From assembly GCF_001194135.2 (NCBI RefSeq), contig NC_068994.1:45012260-45076259 (forward strand): 64,000 bases of DNA, read 5' to 3'. The position numbers were made by a program, and so were the translations under genes. Under the pieces are notes generated by a model, which searched no databases, was not told where the DNA came from, and saw nothing but the letters and a program-made list of their open reading frames with translations. Origin of the DNA: Octopus bimaculoides (Eukaryota). This document shows, one piece after another, positions 1-13,010 of this stretch; the first letter of the stretch is position 1, and the number at the start of each line of letters is the position of its first letter.

Positions 1-440
1 CAGTAATTTTGGGAGCTGTACTTTTGTGATCCTTTCTAACAATTAGTATAAGAATCCAACGGTCCCTATCTGAAAGTTTTGGTTTTCTTCCAGAGTTTTG
101 TTTTGATGAGGAGGATTTCCCCTCTTTCTCAAAGGCTGTCATTACTTTTGTGACAGTACTTCTTGATACACCAAACATTTTGGCTGTTTCCATTATGCTA
201 GTGCCTGCCATATGAGCACCAACAATTCAACCTCTTGAAAGTCTGACAGATTTGTCATTTTAATAATTTTAATTAACTTTTTCTGATGATATCTGAAAGG
301 AAACAGCAATTTTAGCAAAACATATTAAGCAACACTAATAATAAATCAAAAAACATAAAAATAAACAAGCTTTTGACAGTTTTATAGATATTTCAAAATT
401 ATGATGTTAGGTGTTTCCATTATTTTGTCCAACCCTTGAG
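1..440 (-). mobile_element. Tc1/mariner DNA transposon, left end and degenerate N-terminal transposase (truncated by window edge)
   Basis: Minus strand 250->1 translates to IVGAHMAGTSIMETAKMFGVSRSTVTKVMTAFEKEGKSSSSKQNSGRKPKLSDRDRWILILIVRKDHKSTAPKIT, a Tc1-type HTH region with a GRKPKL motif and a frameshift near the ATG. A Tc1-like terminus (..GGGTTGGACAAAATAATGGAAACACC) sits next to TA at 441-442. Confidence 0.85.
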
Positions 441-1249
441 TATGGCATCAATGTGATGAGGACTGAAGCTTCCATTTGAATGAATGCCAAGACATGGCTG
501 TGGAAATGCGAGTGTTTTGTGTGTTTCGTTTGAGTGAGATGAAGATCTTTGTACAATACAACACATCAACAAAGGCCAAACTCTTGGCCAGACGAGTTGC
601 TGCAGAAGATACCGAGTGGTTAAATTTGGACGAATTGGGATTAAACTGTGAGCTATATTTTGTGTGTAGTAGTGAAGCAGCAAAGCTCACTGCACACCCC
701 TATAACAGTAATAATAATAATAATGAATTTTTCTCATGTTTGTCGTTATTTAATAAACTAATATAGAAATCATCAGTTGGTTCATTGGATGGCTGTTTGT
801 TTGTTTGTCTCTAACAAACAATAAATATGCCATCTTCACACAAAGAAATAGCTATATATTGTAATAATAATAATAATAACAATGGTGATAAAATATTTCT
901 AAACAAATTGTCTTATTTTTGTTTTTTCTTTTTTTTTTATATTGATTATTGATTTCTAACATATGCAGAAAGATCACAGATCTCAGGTTACAACAATACA
1001 CACACAAACATGAATACTTATTTTTATCAATGGCTCATGTAATATTTTAATATGTTAATTGTTGCTTAACCTATATAAGCTTTGATTCAGCAGACATAAG
1101 ATGAACAGTATTCTAATTGTGACCATCCTGTAGTTTATTCAGATAGTGAATAGTTGTAGCTATGGCTGTATAGTCAAACAGTACACTTTGCAACCACGTG
1201 GTTTAAAGTTTAATCTTACTATGTAGCATCTTATGTAAGTCATCTGTAG

Positions 1250-1487
1250 TTTCTTATTTCTTTACTGCCCACAAGGGGCTACCCACAGAGGGGACAAACA
1301 AGGACAGAGAAATGGATTAAGTCGATTATATCAACCCCAGTGTGTAACTGGTACTTATTTAATCGACCCCGAAAGGATGAAAGGCAAAGTCGACCTCGGC
1401 ATAATTTGAATTCAGAATGTAGCGGCAGACGAAATACCGCTAAGCATTTCATCCGGCGTGCTAATGTTGCTGCTAGCTCGCCACCTT
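1250..1487 (-). mobile_element. tRNA-derived SINE, family A (central domain resembling the MetaSINE domain), near full length
   Basis: Minus strand has head GGCGAGCTAGCAG, a B-box-like (CT)GAATTCAAATT and body CTTTGCCTTTCATCCTTTCGGGGTCGAT..AAGTACCAG. Related copies lie at about 3975-4130, 4960-5075, 13035-13232 and 33258-33442. Confidence 0.8.
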
Positions 1488-2349
1488 TCTATAGTTTCTA
1501 TTTGACCAATTCCTTGTGAATGAAACTTGGTAGTTGGAAACCATAAAGAAACCCATTGTCTAAACACACATATAAATATATAATGTGTGTGTGTGCACAT
1601 AGTTGTCTTTTTGGGCTGCAGTGGTTATGTCCCTCATAAACAAAACATATGGCATTGGTTTTGAAAACAAGAGTTGGTATCAGTGAGGGCATCCAGTCTC
1701 TCAAGAAATTTCATCCGACCCCTGTCAGCATCGAAAAAGCAGATTTTAAAATGATGATGATAAGTATATTTGGCACTACATTCTTTTTTTAACTGCAGAA
1801 GTGGATTGCACAAGTAATTCGAAAGGTGTAGCCTTGTTACACAGATTGCGTCACACTGGTTCTGCCTGACAGTTATGTTAAAGGTCCACATGTCTGTGGA
1901 ATGTTCAGTCACTTACACATTAACATGTTTACTGCCACATGTACCATCACTGGTGGTTCATCACAAACGTCACTCAACTGTCATCTACACCACCGGTAGT
2001 ACATTTTTATAATTTGAGAAAATATTTTATTCTGTATCTTTGACATGGCTTTGAGGATATTTAAATAACATGAGTGCTAAAATATTAAATTTTAATCATC
2101 AAATATTGTAAAAATGCAAAAATTACATTTCCTTGTAATTTAACGGCATGCAATGTGACCACGCAAAATACATGGTATCACAGCTAAGTTCCACTTACAG
2201 CCTGTGACAGTTCGTGTGTTAATTCAGTTGATCAAATAAACGAGTCCTCATTGTCACATGACAAGTATCCACCATCCAATTGTAAATTGTGCTAGATATC
2301 GGTTGCTATTTTTAGTAGGCTGTGCAATGACTGATAGCTTTCTCACTGG

Positions 2350-2640
2350 ACTTATTCTTTATGAGCCTAGCACTTATTCTACCGGCCTCTTTTGCTGAAC
2401 CGCTAAATTAATTATGCAGACATAAACACATCAGCATCGGTTGTGAAATGATGGTAGGGGGAAAAACAGATACACACACATATTTATATATAGACGGTGG
2501 TATTCTTTCAGTTTCCATCTACCAAATCCACTCACAAGGCTTTGGTCAGAAGACACCTGCTCAAGGTGTCACGCAATGGGACTGAACCCAGAACCATGTA
2601 GTTGGGAAGCAAGCTTCTTACCCCACAACCTGCACCTATA
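2350..2640 (-). mobile_element. tRNA/CORE-like SINE, family B (internal CA/TA microsatellite)
   Basis: Shares the GGTTCAGTCCCA..TTGGGCAAGTGTC..GTGAGTGGATTTGGTAGA body with copies at 11372-11760, 13720-13880, 27780-28145, 50318-50715 and 61376-61745. Confidence 0.75.
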
Positions 2641-2689
2641 TGTATGTATGTGCATGTTTATATATATATATATATAATATATAACAAAA

Positions 2690-3400
2690 TTTAGAGAGGC
2701 TTTGATTTGCTTATGACAGCCCAGATGATGACAACATCAATCCAAGACATGCATCTTCCTCCACCTCCAACACATTGTTTCTCATGTGAGTGAATGTGGC
2801 TGACAGGATTGATAAAAGAGAGGCAGATCCTGTGGCACTGAAAGTGACCCCAAACAACAGCCACAGGGGGGTTGACAACATCTCTTCCTGTGGTCTCCTG
2901 CATTTGGCTTCAGAACACTCTACTCCAGCATCACCCATGGACCTCCATGCCAGTGGCTCCAACTGATTGGGAGGGGCATCACTTGAGATGATCATGAAAA
3001 TGAGTTTTAGACTTTCATGAGGCCTACGTCCAGTCTTAGTCCTTGCTAAAGACGACCATCTTTGGGAGCCAATTATCCAGCAGCCGAATCCCATGGCCAA
3101 CCCAGTGAAGAAGACAACAAAAGATGCAGGCCTCAACACTGTAGAACCTAGCCCTCAATTTTCAATATGAGACACCTTGTCCTTCAATGTGAGACTGGGG
3201 ATACTTTAGAGCGATCTGATATGGAATGCTACCAGTTGTTTGATCTGGAACCAATAAAGAATCCAGCACTCAGACTAGTACAGGAAGGTGGCTACACACA
3301 CAACTCAATAAATAGAGATTTTGGTACTTGTTCCAAGGTTCTTGATCTGAAAGACTTGTTTGCTGAGTCTCTTGAAAAGTATACAGAGATACCATTCATA
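2690..3400 (-). mobile_element. Degenerate RTE-clade LINE, 3' part of ORF
   Basis: Minus-strand translation with stops and frameshifts gives STKISIY*VVCVATFLY*SECWILYWFQIKQLVAFHIRSL, then LHWVGHGIRLLDNWLPKMVVF, then the C-terminal FQCHRICLSFINPVSHIHSH. These match RTE post-RT motifs (TLLYGSETW, WAGHV.RM, terminal CCHH-like motif). Confidence 0.75.
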
Positions 3401-5819
3401 TAACTGCAGAAACTAGTTTGCTTAGTGATTTACTGTTGCTCTGTTAGCTTGTATAATAAACCATTAGAAAGAAAGTATTCTATTTAAATAATAGAATAAA
3501 TTGTACATTTCTATATTATAAAAAGATAAAGTAATAAATAAAACAAACTATAAATTAGTCATTTGTATTATGTAGTGTTAGAGCCTATCAGCAAAGATAT
3601 GGCTAAAAAAACTTAATCAAAGGACAACAGGGTTTTATATTACATAGAACCTGAATGAAGAGACCTCTTTCCCCTCCATAGAGCTTTGATCTGAAATATT
3701 GGTGACAGCCAACACAATCTACACTGAAATACTCTGAAGTGCTTTGTTCATTTCCACACAAGAAAATATTTCTTAAATGATTTTCGGCTGTAGAAATACA
3801 ACAGCAATACTTATAAGTAGATAGGTAACTAAACTGTAGGAAGGAGAAATGGTATATATCGACAGGCGATACTTTTCTGGGAATAAGTAATGGATCACAG
3901 CCAGCAAGGTTGTAAGTATTTCATTCAATTATTTAAAAAATATGTACACAGTTTTTTCTCATCACTAAGATGTTGATTGCATCGACCCCAGTGTTTCACT
4001 GGTACTTAATTTATCGAGTCCAAAAGGATGAAAGGCAGTTGACCTTGGCAGAATTTGAACTCAGAATGCAAAGACGGTAAAATACCGCTAAGCAATTCGC
4101 TCGATGTGCTAATGATTCTGCCAGCTTGCTGCTTTGTTATATAATAATAATAATAAAAAAAAGCTTTCTTAAATGTATTAAAAGAAGTACACTTTGTAAA
4201 TGATATTTTAGAGACACTTGAAACAATTTTACTTCAAAACCTTATAAAGACAAATCCTTGATTCCCAAATGTTGTGTTATAAAATTCTGACCGAAAATTA
4301 TAAACTGACAATTAGAACTAAGAAGTTCTGGCCTAGCTCTGAGTGGCACACCTGAAGAAATGGTTTGTGGATAATGCAAACATTCATTAGATAGATAAAA
4401 CATTGCTTTAAAATTCAGTGAACTTCAGCACTTACCATAACTTTAAAAATGGATTAAAGTACCCCATACACACAGATGCATAGAAAGGTCCCCAAAAATC
4501 TGAGAATTATTGCTGTAAGACATCAAATCAACAGAGAAAAGAAATCATCACAAGAATTATTACCACACAAAATTTCCCTCTGAAGCTGATACAATAAAAC
4601 TAAGGTTTATTTAACCAAATATTTATCTTGTCATTGTTGTGCAACAGGTAAACAGAGATGTGATGAAGTAATGTTAATAATTAAAACTAATTCAACCAAC
4701 AGAATCTCTCACTTCAAGCATGACAACCAATGGTAAGAGAGGATGAATTTCCCATTTAGTGCAAGAAAATACTTCAACTGTAAATAACTTACTAAACAAT
4801 GTGCTCCACTATATTAGAGTATTACTCTTATATCTAGGGCTGAAGGAAAAAAAAGTGTNNNNNNNNNNGCTCATGCAGCCACAACCAAGTACAGACATCT
4901 CAAGCTCCACTCTTGATCTAGATGGAGAGAGGCAGGTACTTTTTCTTTTTTATCAACCCTAAAACGATAAAAGACAGGGTTGACCTGAACAAAATCTGAA
5001 CTCAGAACTGAAAGCCAGAATAAATATTGCAATGTATTCTACCCAACACTCAACTGACTGCTAGTTAATCACCTTATATCTAGAACAGTTACCATATAAA
5101 CAGAGATAGCCTTTTATTCATCTCAGTAGTTTCTACTCCTCAGCATTAGCTATTTACTCTCATTGAAATTCTCCTTGCCATATTCTCCAGATCCGACTTT
5201 CTCATATTAAACAAGTGCCATTTAAGAAGAGAGGAAACCCTTAAAAAAAGCAATAGGCACAAGTTTTCTTTCCCCAGAATCAAAAATAAGTAGATGCTCC
5301 CTCATAATGTTTTTGTTGCCTGAGCAGTGACAAAAGAAAAGAAAAAAAAGAAAAATGCAACAAAATAAAAACAACAACAGAAATACTGAGACAACGTGAA
5401 ATATTTTGGTAGACATTTTACAGAAGTTCTTGAACAAATTCTTTGTCCTTTTTTTTTTTTGGTTTTGTTTTCAAACATCATTCTTGTTTTTTTTTTTTTA
5501 TCACTTTCCTGAAGTTGCATAAGATTTATAATACATTTTTTTCTTTTTATAGAACATGGCTCTTTTTTTATTTTTATTTTATATATATAATTTTTCTTGG
5601 AATTGGTTGGAAACTGGAGAAATAGTAACAATAATAGTAGTAGAAATGGTGGTAGTATATTAGTACTAGAAATAATTGGTGGTAGTAATAGTAGTAATAA
5701 TAGTCAACATGACAAGATTTTTTAAAACTCAGAATGTAGATATTAAACACCATCAAGTATTTAGGGTGACATTCTGTCTTGGACATTAAACTGTCCTAAT
5801 AATAAATGATGGTGATGAT

Positions 5820-8642
5820 GATTTCCTTTTAGGCAGAAGGCCACAAGTTTTGGGGTGGAAGGAATAGTTGATTAAACTGACCCAATACTTGACTGTTTAT
5901 TTCATCGATCTTGGAAGGTTGAAGGGTAATGTTGACCCCTGATGATGTTTCCATTCAGAATGTAGATAGAGGAAAGAACACGACTAATAAATATGACAAA
6001 TCATTTTTGTCCAATGCTCTACCGATTTCTGACCCTTCACTGGCTTTCATCTAGTTTCTATCGCAGGCACAAGACCTTGCGTTTGGCAGGATGAGCTCAG
6101 AATATGAGTTGCAGCAAAATACCACATGGCACTTCGTCTGCCACAAACAGTTCTGCTTACCCACAGCCCTTTCTTGTATCAACCCCACTACTTGACTGGG
6201 TCTTTGTTTAATCGACCCAGGAAGGATGAGAGGCAGAGTTGACACTAGTAGGATATGAACACAGGAAGAACCAGAACAAACACTACAAGGCATTTTGTCC
6301 AATATCCTAAAGATTCTGCCAACCCACCACCCTTCCTAATAATAATAATATTAATACTGGTTTCTAATTTAGACACAAGGCCAGCAATACTGAGGGGAAG
6401 GGGAAGTCAATTACATTGACCCCAGTGCTCAACTGGTACTTATTTTATCGACCCCAAAAGGATGAAAGCAAAGTTGACTTCAGTGGCATCCAGATACAGA
6501 ACAAGAAATGCTGCTAAGCATTTTGTCCAGCATGGTAACAATTTCTAATTTAGGTGCAAAGCCAGCGATAGGAAGGAAGTTAGTCAATACCATCAACCCC
6601 AGTACGCAACTAGTATTTTACTCTAACGACCCTGAAGGGATGAAAGGCAAAGTTGACCTTGGTGAATTTGAATTCAGAATGCAAAGAACCAGAACAAATA
6701 TCACAAAACATGTTTTTTCTGATGCTCTACCAATTCTGCCAATCCACATCCCTTCCACTGAAGGCACAAGGCCTGAAATTTGGGGGGAGGGGACGAGTCA
6801 ATTACATCAATCCCAGTGTTTCACTGGTACTTACTTTATCGATCCCGAAAGGATGAAAGGCAAAGTTGACCTTGGCAGAATTTGAACTCATAATAATAAT
6901 AATGATGAGGATGATGATGATGATAATGATTTCTAACATAGGCACAAGGCAAGAAGTTCCAAGGGGAAGAGGTATAATTGATTTAGCTGACCCCTGTACT
7001 TGACCAGTACGCTATCACTACCAACCCCCTCCAAAAGAATGAAAGACTAAGTCAGCCCCTGGGAATTTGAGCTTAGAACATAAACAGACACAACAAAATA
7101 CATGCAACAAGGTAGTTAATCTGTCGCTCCACTGATTCTACTGTTTCCACTACCTTCAATAACAACAATCCTTTCTACTGCAGGGACAAGGCCTGAAATT
7201 TGGCGGGAGGGGACTAGTCGATTACATCAACCCCCAGTGTTTCACTGGTACATAATTCATTGAATTCTTTCTACTGTAGGTACAAGGCCTGAAATTTTTG
7301 GAGAGGTTGTAGTCAATTATATTGACCCCAGTGTTCAACTGGTACTTATTTCATTGATCCAGAAAGGATGAAAAGACAAAGTTGACCTCAGCAGAATGTA
7401 AAGACAGATGAAATGCTGCTAAGAATTTAGTCCAGCAATACCAATGATTCGGCCAGTTTGCTGCTTTAACCTTCAATAATAATAATAATTTCTAATGTTG
7501 GCACAAAGCCTGAAATTTTAGGGGAAGGAAATATGTAACTAAATACAGTGAGGCATATTGTCCTTCACTTTACTGATTCTACTAATTCACAGCACCTATC
7601 ATTCATATAATATTAATAATAATAACGGTCTCTTCTGACTAGGCAGAAAGGACCTGCACTATCTGACTCCAGTACTTAACTGGAGCTTTATTTTAGCTAC
7701 CCTCAAAGTACGAAAAGCAAAGTGAACATCAGTAAGAGTTGATCTCGGACATAAATGATCATAACTAAACACTGGAAGGTTTTTACTCTAACACTATTAA
7801 TTTTGCTAATTTACAGCCCTAATAATAATCCTTTCAATTATAGCACAATTCCTGAAATTTTAGGACAGTGNNNNNNNNNNGGTTAGTTGAATGCATCAAC
7901 CCCAGTGCTTGACAAATACTTATTTCATGAACCCCAAAAAGATAAAAGGTAATGTCAACCCTAGCAGAATTGGAAATACTTCCCAAATAATAATAATAAT
8001 AATAATAATAATAATCGTTTCTAATTTAGGCACAAAGCCAGTAATTGTAAGGGGTGGGAGTAGTCAAGTGCATTGACCTCCAGTACTTGGCTGGTGCTTT
8101 ATCAACCCCCGAATGGATGAAAGATAAAGTGGAGCTCATCAGGATTTGAACCCTGTCCAATTCTGCTAATCCAACACCCTAATAGTAGTAATAATAATAA
8201 TAATAATGTAAATGTCTTTTTTAAAATTTTGGCACAAGGCCAGCAATTTTAGGAGAGGAAGTAAGTTGGTTACACCAACCCCAGTGCTCAACTGGTAATT
8301 ATTTCACTGACTCTGAAAGGTTGAAAAGCAAAGATAATGTCAGCAGAATTTGAATTCAGAATGTAAAACTAGAAGAAATGCCACAAAGCATTTTGCCCAA
8401 CATATAATGATTCTGCCAGCTCATCACCTTCTTAATGATAACAAGGATAATCCTTTCTACTATAGGAAATTTTAGTGGTAGGGGCTAGTAAATTACACTG
8501 ATCCTACTATGTGACAGGTACTTTATCTTATAGATCCCAAAAGGATGGAAGACAAAACTGATCTCAAGGGAATCTGAATGCAGAAGAAAAGTTGCTATGC
8601 ATTTTGTCTGGCATGCCAATAATTCTCCCAGTCACTGCCTTT

Positions 8643-8685
<43 letters not shown>

Positions 8686-8932
8686 TAATCCTTTCTATTA
8701 TGAGCACAAGGTCTGAAATTTGAGGGGATGGGGTTAGTCAATAACATTGACCCCAGTACTTGACTCATACTCATTTTACTGACCTTGAAAGAATGTAAGG
8801 CAAAGTTGACCTCGGTGGAATTTGAACTCAGAACCTAAAGACGGGTGAAATACCACTAAGCATTTTACCCAATGTGCTAATGATTCTGCCAGCTCACCAC
8901 CATATTTACTTAATTACTTAATTATAATAATG

Positions 8933-8971
<39 letters not shown>

Positions 8972-9659
8972 GTTTCAAATTTTTGCCACAAGGGTAGCCA
9001 TTTTGGGGGAGGGGAGGAGTTGATTACATCGACCCCAGTGCGTAACTGGTACTTATTTCATCAACCCTGAAAGGATGAAAGGTAAAGTCGACCTCGGCGG
9101 AATTTGAACTCAGAATGCAAAGACAGATGAAATACTGCTAAGCATTTCGTCCAGTGCACTAATGACTCTGCCACCTCACTGTCTTAAATAATGATAATGA
9201 CGATTTCAAATTTTGGCACAAGGCCAGCAACTTCAGGGAGGGGGAAAGCCAATTACATCAGCCCTAGTACTCAACTGGTACTCGTTTTATCAATCTCAAA
9301 AGGATGAAAGGCAAAGTTGACTTTGGCAGAATTCAAACTCAGAGTGTAAAGAGAGAGGAAATGGTTCTAAGCATTTTGTCTGGTGTGCTAATGATTCTGC
9401 CAGCTTACCACCTTATATAGTTAATAATAATAATAATAATCCTTTCTACAATAGGCACAAGGCCTGAAATTTTGGGAGAGGAGACTAGTTGATTACATAG
9501 ACCCCAGTATTTCACTGGTACTTAATTTATTGACCTCAAAAGGACGAAAGGCAAAAATCGACCTCAGCAGAATTTGAACTCAGAATGCAGCAATGGATGA
9601 AAAGCCGCTAAGCATTTCATCCGGTGCGCTAACAATTCTCCCAGTTCACTGCCTTAGTC

Positions 9660-9690
<31 letters not shown>

Positions 9691-10100
9691 TCTACTATAG
9701 GCACAAAGCCTGAAATTTTTTTTGGGGGGGGGGGCACTAGTCAATTATACCGACCCCAGTGTTTCACTGGTACTTAATTTATCGACCTTGAAAAGATGAA
9801 AGGCAAAGTCGACCTTGGCAAAATTTGAACTCAGAATGTAGTGATGGACGAAATATCGCTAAGCATTTTGTCTGGTGTGCTAATGATTCTGCCAGCTTGC
9901 TACCTTAGTTAATAATAACAATAATAATATTTTTTAACTTAGGGACAAATCCATTGCTTTTAGATGGGGAAGGGGGGGTGCATCCATCAAATTGATCCTT
10001 AAGCTTTTGACTGGTACTTATTTTGTTGATCCCAAGGGGAGAAAAGAATGCAAAGTATTTCCTGGTAATGGTGGGGATTTGAACAAAAATAAAATCTATC
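5820..10100 (-). repeat. Head-to-tail array of about 20 family-A SINE copies separated by (AAT)n/(ATT)n
   Basis: Units of about 200-250 bp recur with GACCCCAGT..ACTGGTACTTA..GAAAGGATGAAAGGCAAAGTTGACCT..GAATTTGAACTCAGAATG, all in one orientation (e.g. 6360-6540, 6760-6890, 7270-7480, 8220-8430, 8690-8900, 8970-9190, 9200-9420, 9440-9660, 9690-9910). Confidence 0.9.
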
Positions 10101-10733
10101 ANNNNNNNNNNNNNNNNNNNNNNNNNNNNNNNNNNNNNNNNNNNNNNNNNNNNNNNNNNNNNNNNNNNNNNNNNNNNNNNNNNNNNNNNNNNNNNNNNNN
10201 NNNNNNNNNNNNNNNNNNNNNNNNNNNNNNNNNNNNNNNNNNNNNNNNNNNNNNNNNNNNNNNNNNNNNNNNNNNNNNNNNNNNNNNNNNNNNNNNNNNN
10301 NNNNNNNNNNNNNNNNNNNNNNNNNNNNNNNNNNNNNNNNNNNNNNNNNNNNNNNNNNNNNNNNNNNNNNNNNNNNNNNNNNNNNNNNNNNNNNNNNNNN
10401 NNNNNNNNNNNNNNNNNNNNNNNNNNNNNNNNNNNNNNNNNNNNNNNNNNNNNNNNNNNNNNNNNNNNNNNNNNNNNNNNNNNNNNNNNNNNNNNNNNNN
10501 NNNNNNNNNNNNNNNNNNNNNNNNNNNNNNNNNNNNNNNNNNNNNNNNNNNNNNNNNNNNNNNNNNNNNNNNNNNNNNNNNNNNNNNNNNNNNNNNNNNN
10601 NNNNNNNNNNNNNNNNNNNNNNNNNNNNNNNNNNNNNNNNNNNNNNNNNNNNNNNNNNNNNNNNNNNNNNNNNNNNNNNNNNNNNNNNNNNNNNNNNNNN
10701 NNNNNNNNNNNNNNNNNNNNNNNNNNNNNNNNN

Positions 10734-10843
10734 GTAGTTTGATTGGTTGCTATAGTGTGGTTGCTGATGATGATGTTGCTGTTGTTGTTGATGATGATGT
10801 GGGTTCTGCTGGTAAGAATTGTAACCACCTTGTTGGTAACCTC
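10734..10843 (-). CDS. FAM98: FAM98 downstream coding exon (Gly/Tyr/Gln/His-rich low-complexity tail; runs into N-gap 10102-10733)
   Basis: Acceptor TTTTTCTTTACTTGTAG at 10844, phase 1, compatible with the donor at 15331. It encodes (G)GYQQGGYNSYQQNPHHHQQQQQHHHQQPHYSNQSNY, open to the gap, and continues the G/Q/N/Y-rich composition of the upstream exon. Confidence 0.75.
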
Positions 10844-11371
10844 CTACAAGTAAAGAAAAATAAATAAATTAAAATGTGGTTCTGTGATTTTGTTAAAGAC
10901 AAAGGATCAATGCTCCACATAAAATAAAGGGACCAGTTACTGATGTTACCGGCACTAGTGGGGTTGCTAAGTAACTTACAAGTCAGAAGAGAATGAGGAA
11001 ATGGAATAACCCTCTCAACTAAGTGGGAGGAGTTTTTGAGAGGGTGGAGAGGTGATTTTATGCCAGGCACAAGCAGAGGTAGAGATGTCTTACAAGAGAG
11101 AAGATATGTTTTTATCCTGCATTTATATAAGGGTGGGTGGGAGCATCCTGGAAAAAGGTATGGTGGTAATGTTGGGTTGCCACAGCAAGAATTTCGTAGA
11201 AGGCATGTGAGGATGCTTACTCCATTGCTTTTGATGGTTTAGACAGGAAGGGACATTGCCCGTTGCTTTTGAAGGAGCTCAAGTCTGGTGAGATTGCAGG
11301 TACTTATTTATGACTAATTAGGCAGGATGAAAGGAGGTCAAAGATGTTTTCTTTCAATAAAAGCATACACT

Positions 11372-11760
11372 CTTTTACTTGTTTCAGTCATTTGACTGCA
11401 GCCATGCTGGAGCACCGCCTTTAGTCGAGCAAATCGACCCCGGGACTTATTCTTTGTAAGCCTAGTACTTATTCTATCGGTCTCTTTTTGCCGAACCGCT
11501 AAGTGACAGGGACATAAACACACCAGCATCGGTTGTCAAGCAATGCTAGAGGGACAAACACAGACACACAAACATATATATATATATACATACACACGAC
11601 GGGCTTCTTTCAGTTTCCATCTACCAAATCCACTCACAAGGCTTTGGTTGGCCCGAGGCTATAGTTACAGACACTTGCCCAAGATGCTACGCAGTGGGAC
11701 TGAACCCGGAACCATGTGGTTGGTAAGCAAGCTACTTACCACACAGCCACTCCTGTGCCT
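11372..11760 (-). mobile_element. Family-B SINE, near full length, in FAM98 intron
   Basis: Head AGGAGTGGCTGTGTGGTAAG..GGTTCAGTCCCACTGCG, CORE-like TCTTGGGCAAGTGTC, tail ..AAATGACTGAAACAAGTAAAAGA. Confidence 0.85.
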
Positions 11761-11859
11761 ATATAGGTTATTTTATGACAAAAAAACACTGTTGTTTCAT
11801 ATCTTCATTGAATGGGGGTTTGCACACACACACACACACCCTTTGCTCTTCCACATTAT

Positions 11860-13010
11860 GTCAATGGGCTTCCTTTGACATCTCCAATGGTTATATTTCT
11901 AGCTTAAAGTGATGTAGCCTAGAGCTTACCTGAGTTTCAAAGCCATACAGGAGAGTGGGTACAACAAGTACACCAAAAATTTAGTTATTTCAGTCATGAT
12001 CTTTGTATACTCATATTCTCAGATGACCAAATATTGGGTCTCTTTATATCAATATCTGAGTTCTATGATAGGTGACTAACCAGATACGCTCTGTATTTTC
12101 AACCAATCATCCTTGTACTTGGATGGCTGGACCAGGTTCCTGCTTGCTGTTACAAGACTTTTGCTTCAATTACATTGATGGTAAGCCATAAGTCCTCACT
12201 CATATGTGTCAGCAAAACTATCACAGATCAGTTTCAGTAAAACTAACTGGCATTATCTTCATACTGAAGATTAATTACTGATGTAATAGTGGTTTTTGTT
12301 CTGGCACTGAGTCTTCCACAAAGCTTCACAATTTATGAAACCAAATGCCTAAGCAATGTTAAAGAAAGCAATATACTGTGGTATATTGTTGCTCACAACA
12401 TTTCTCTATAACAGGCAACTATAGAATATATCAGTAGTGCGCTTGGAATGTAATTAAAAAAAACCCACAGATTCAAATAAGTAAGCCTTTGAAAGTGTAA
12501 TGAGTTGGTTGAGCAGCATTTCCGCCAAAATTTTTCTCACAGTTGACAAAAGTGAGAATTCTTCATATTTGCTAACATTTGATTTATCTCCTTTCCTGTA
12601 GAGAGTATGTTACATTGCTGCAGTTAGCTGTAACTCTTCTCATGCCTAAATTAGCATAAACAGTGCATGAAGCTTTGCTGTTAATGCTTCATTTCCCCAT
12701 TTATATATCTCAGCTAAAATTCCATTGGGTCTTGACTGCTTTGGTGATGCAACTAAGCAATATCATCCAGGGATATTTCATTTGTTGCACAGACATGGTT
12801 AAGCAAGCCTCTGAAATGTTCTCATTAGTTCTTGGCAGCTGCCTATTCCTTTACAAGTTTCATACCATCTCCGGACCCGAGAAGTTGTTGTACAAAGATT
12901 GTTCAAGTTGATGAAATCTCTTAGGTGTTCTTTTTCTTGAACCCTAGGACCCAGTTATCTAGTTTTTATGGTGTCTAAGTGAGCGAGATCACAACGTTTT
13001 CATGAACAGA
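11860..13010 (-). mobile_element. Highly degenerate RTE-like LINE fragments
   Basis: Minus strand near 11960 reads VVPTLLYGFET (RTE TLLYGSET motif); the remainder is heavily disrupted. Confidence 0.45.

Noticed and set aside
5820-10100. CRISPR-like or satellite interpretation of the periodic array
   Set aside because: The units are full SINE bodies with microsatellite linkers, not short repeats with unique spacers; this is eukaryotic context with no cas genes.
9905-10867. Long ORFs spanning N-gaps (also 55827-56357 and 62410-63033)
   Set aside because: They are open only because N codons are untranslated; the real exon at 10734-10843 is in a different frame.
11036-11242. Short ORF MRGWRGDFMPG.. 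and many 60-150 aa ORFs over SINEs and microsatellites
   Set aside because: No recognisable homology or splice support; most overlap repeats or are antisense to real exons.
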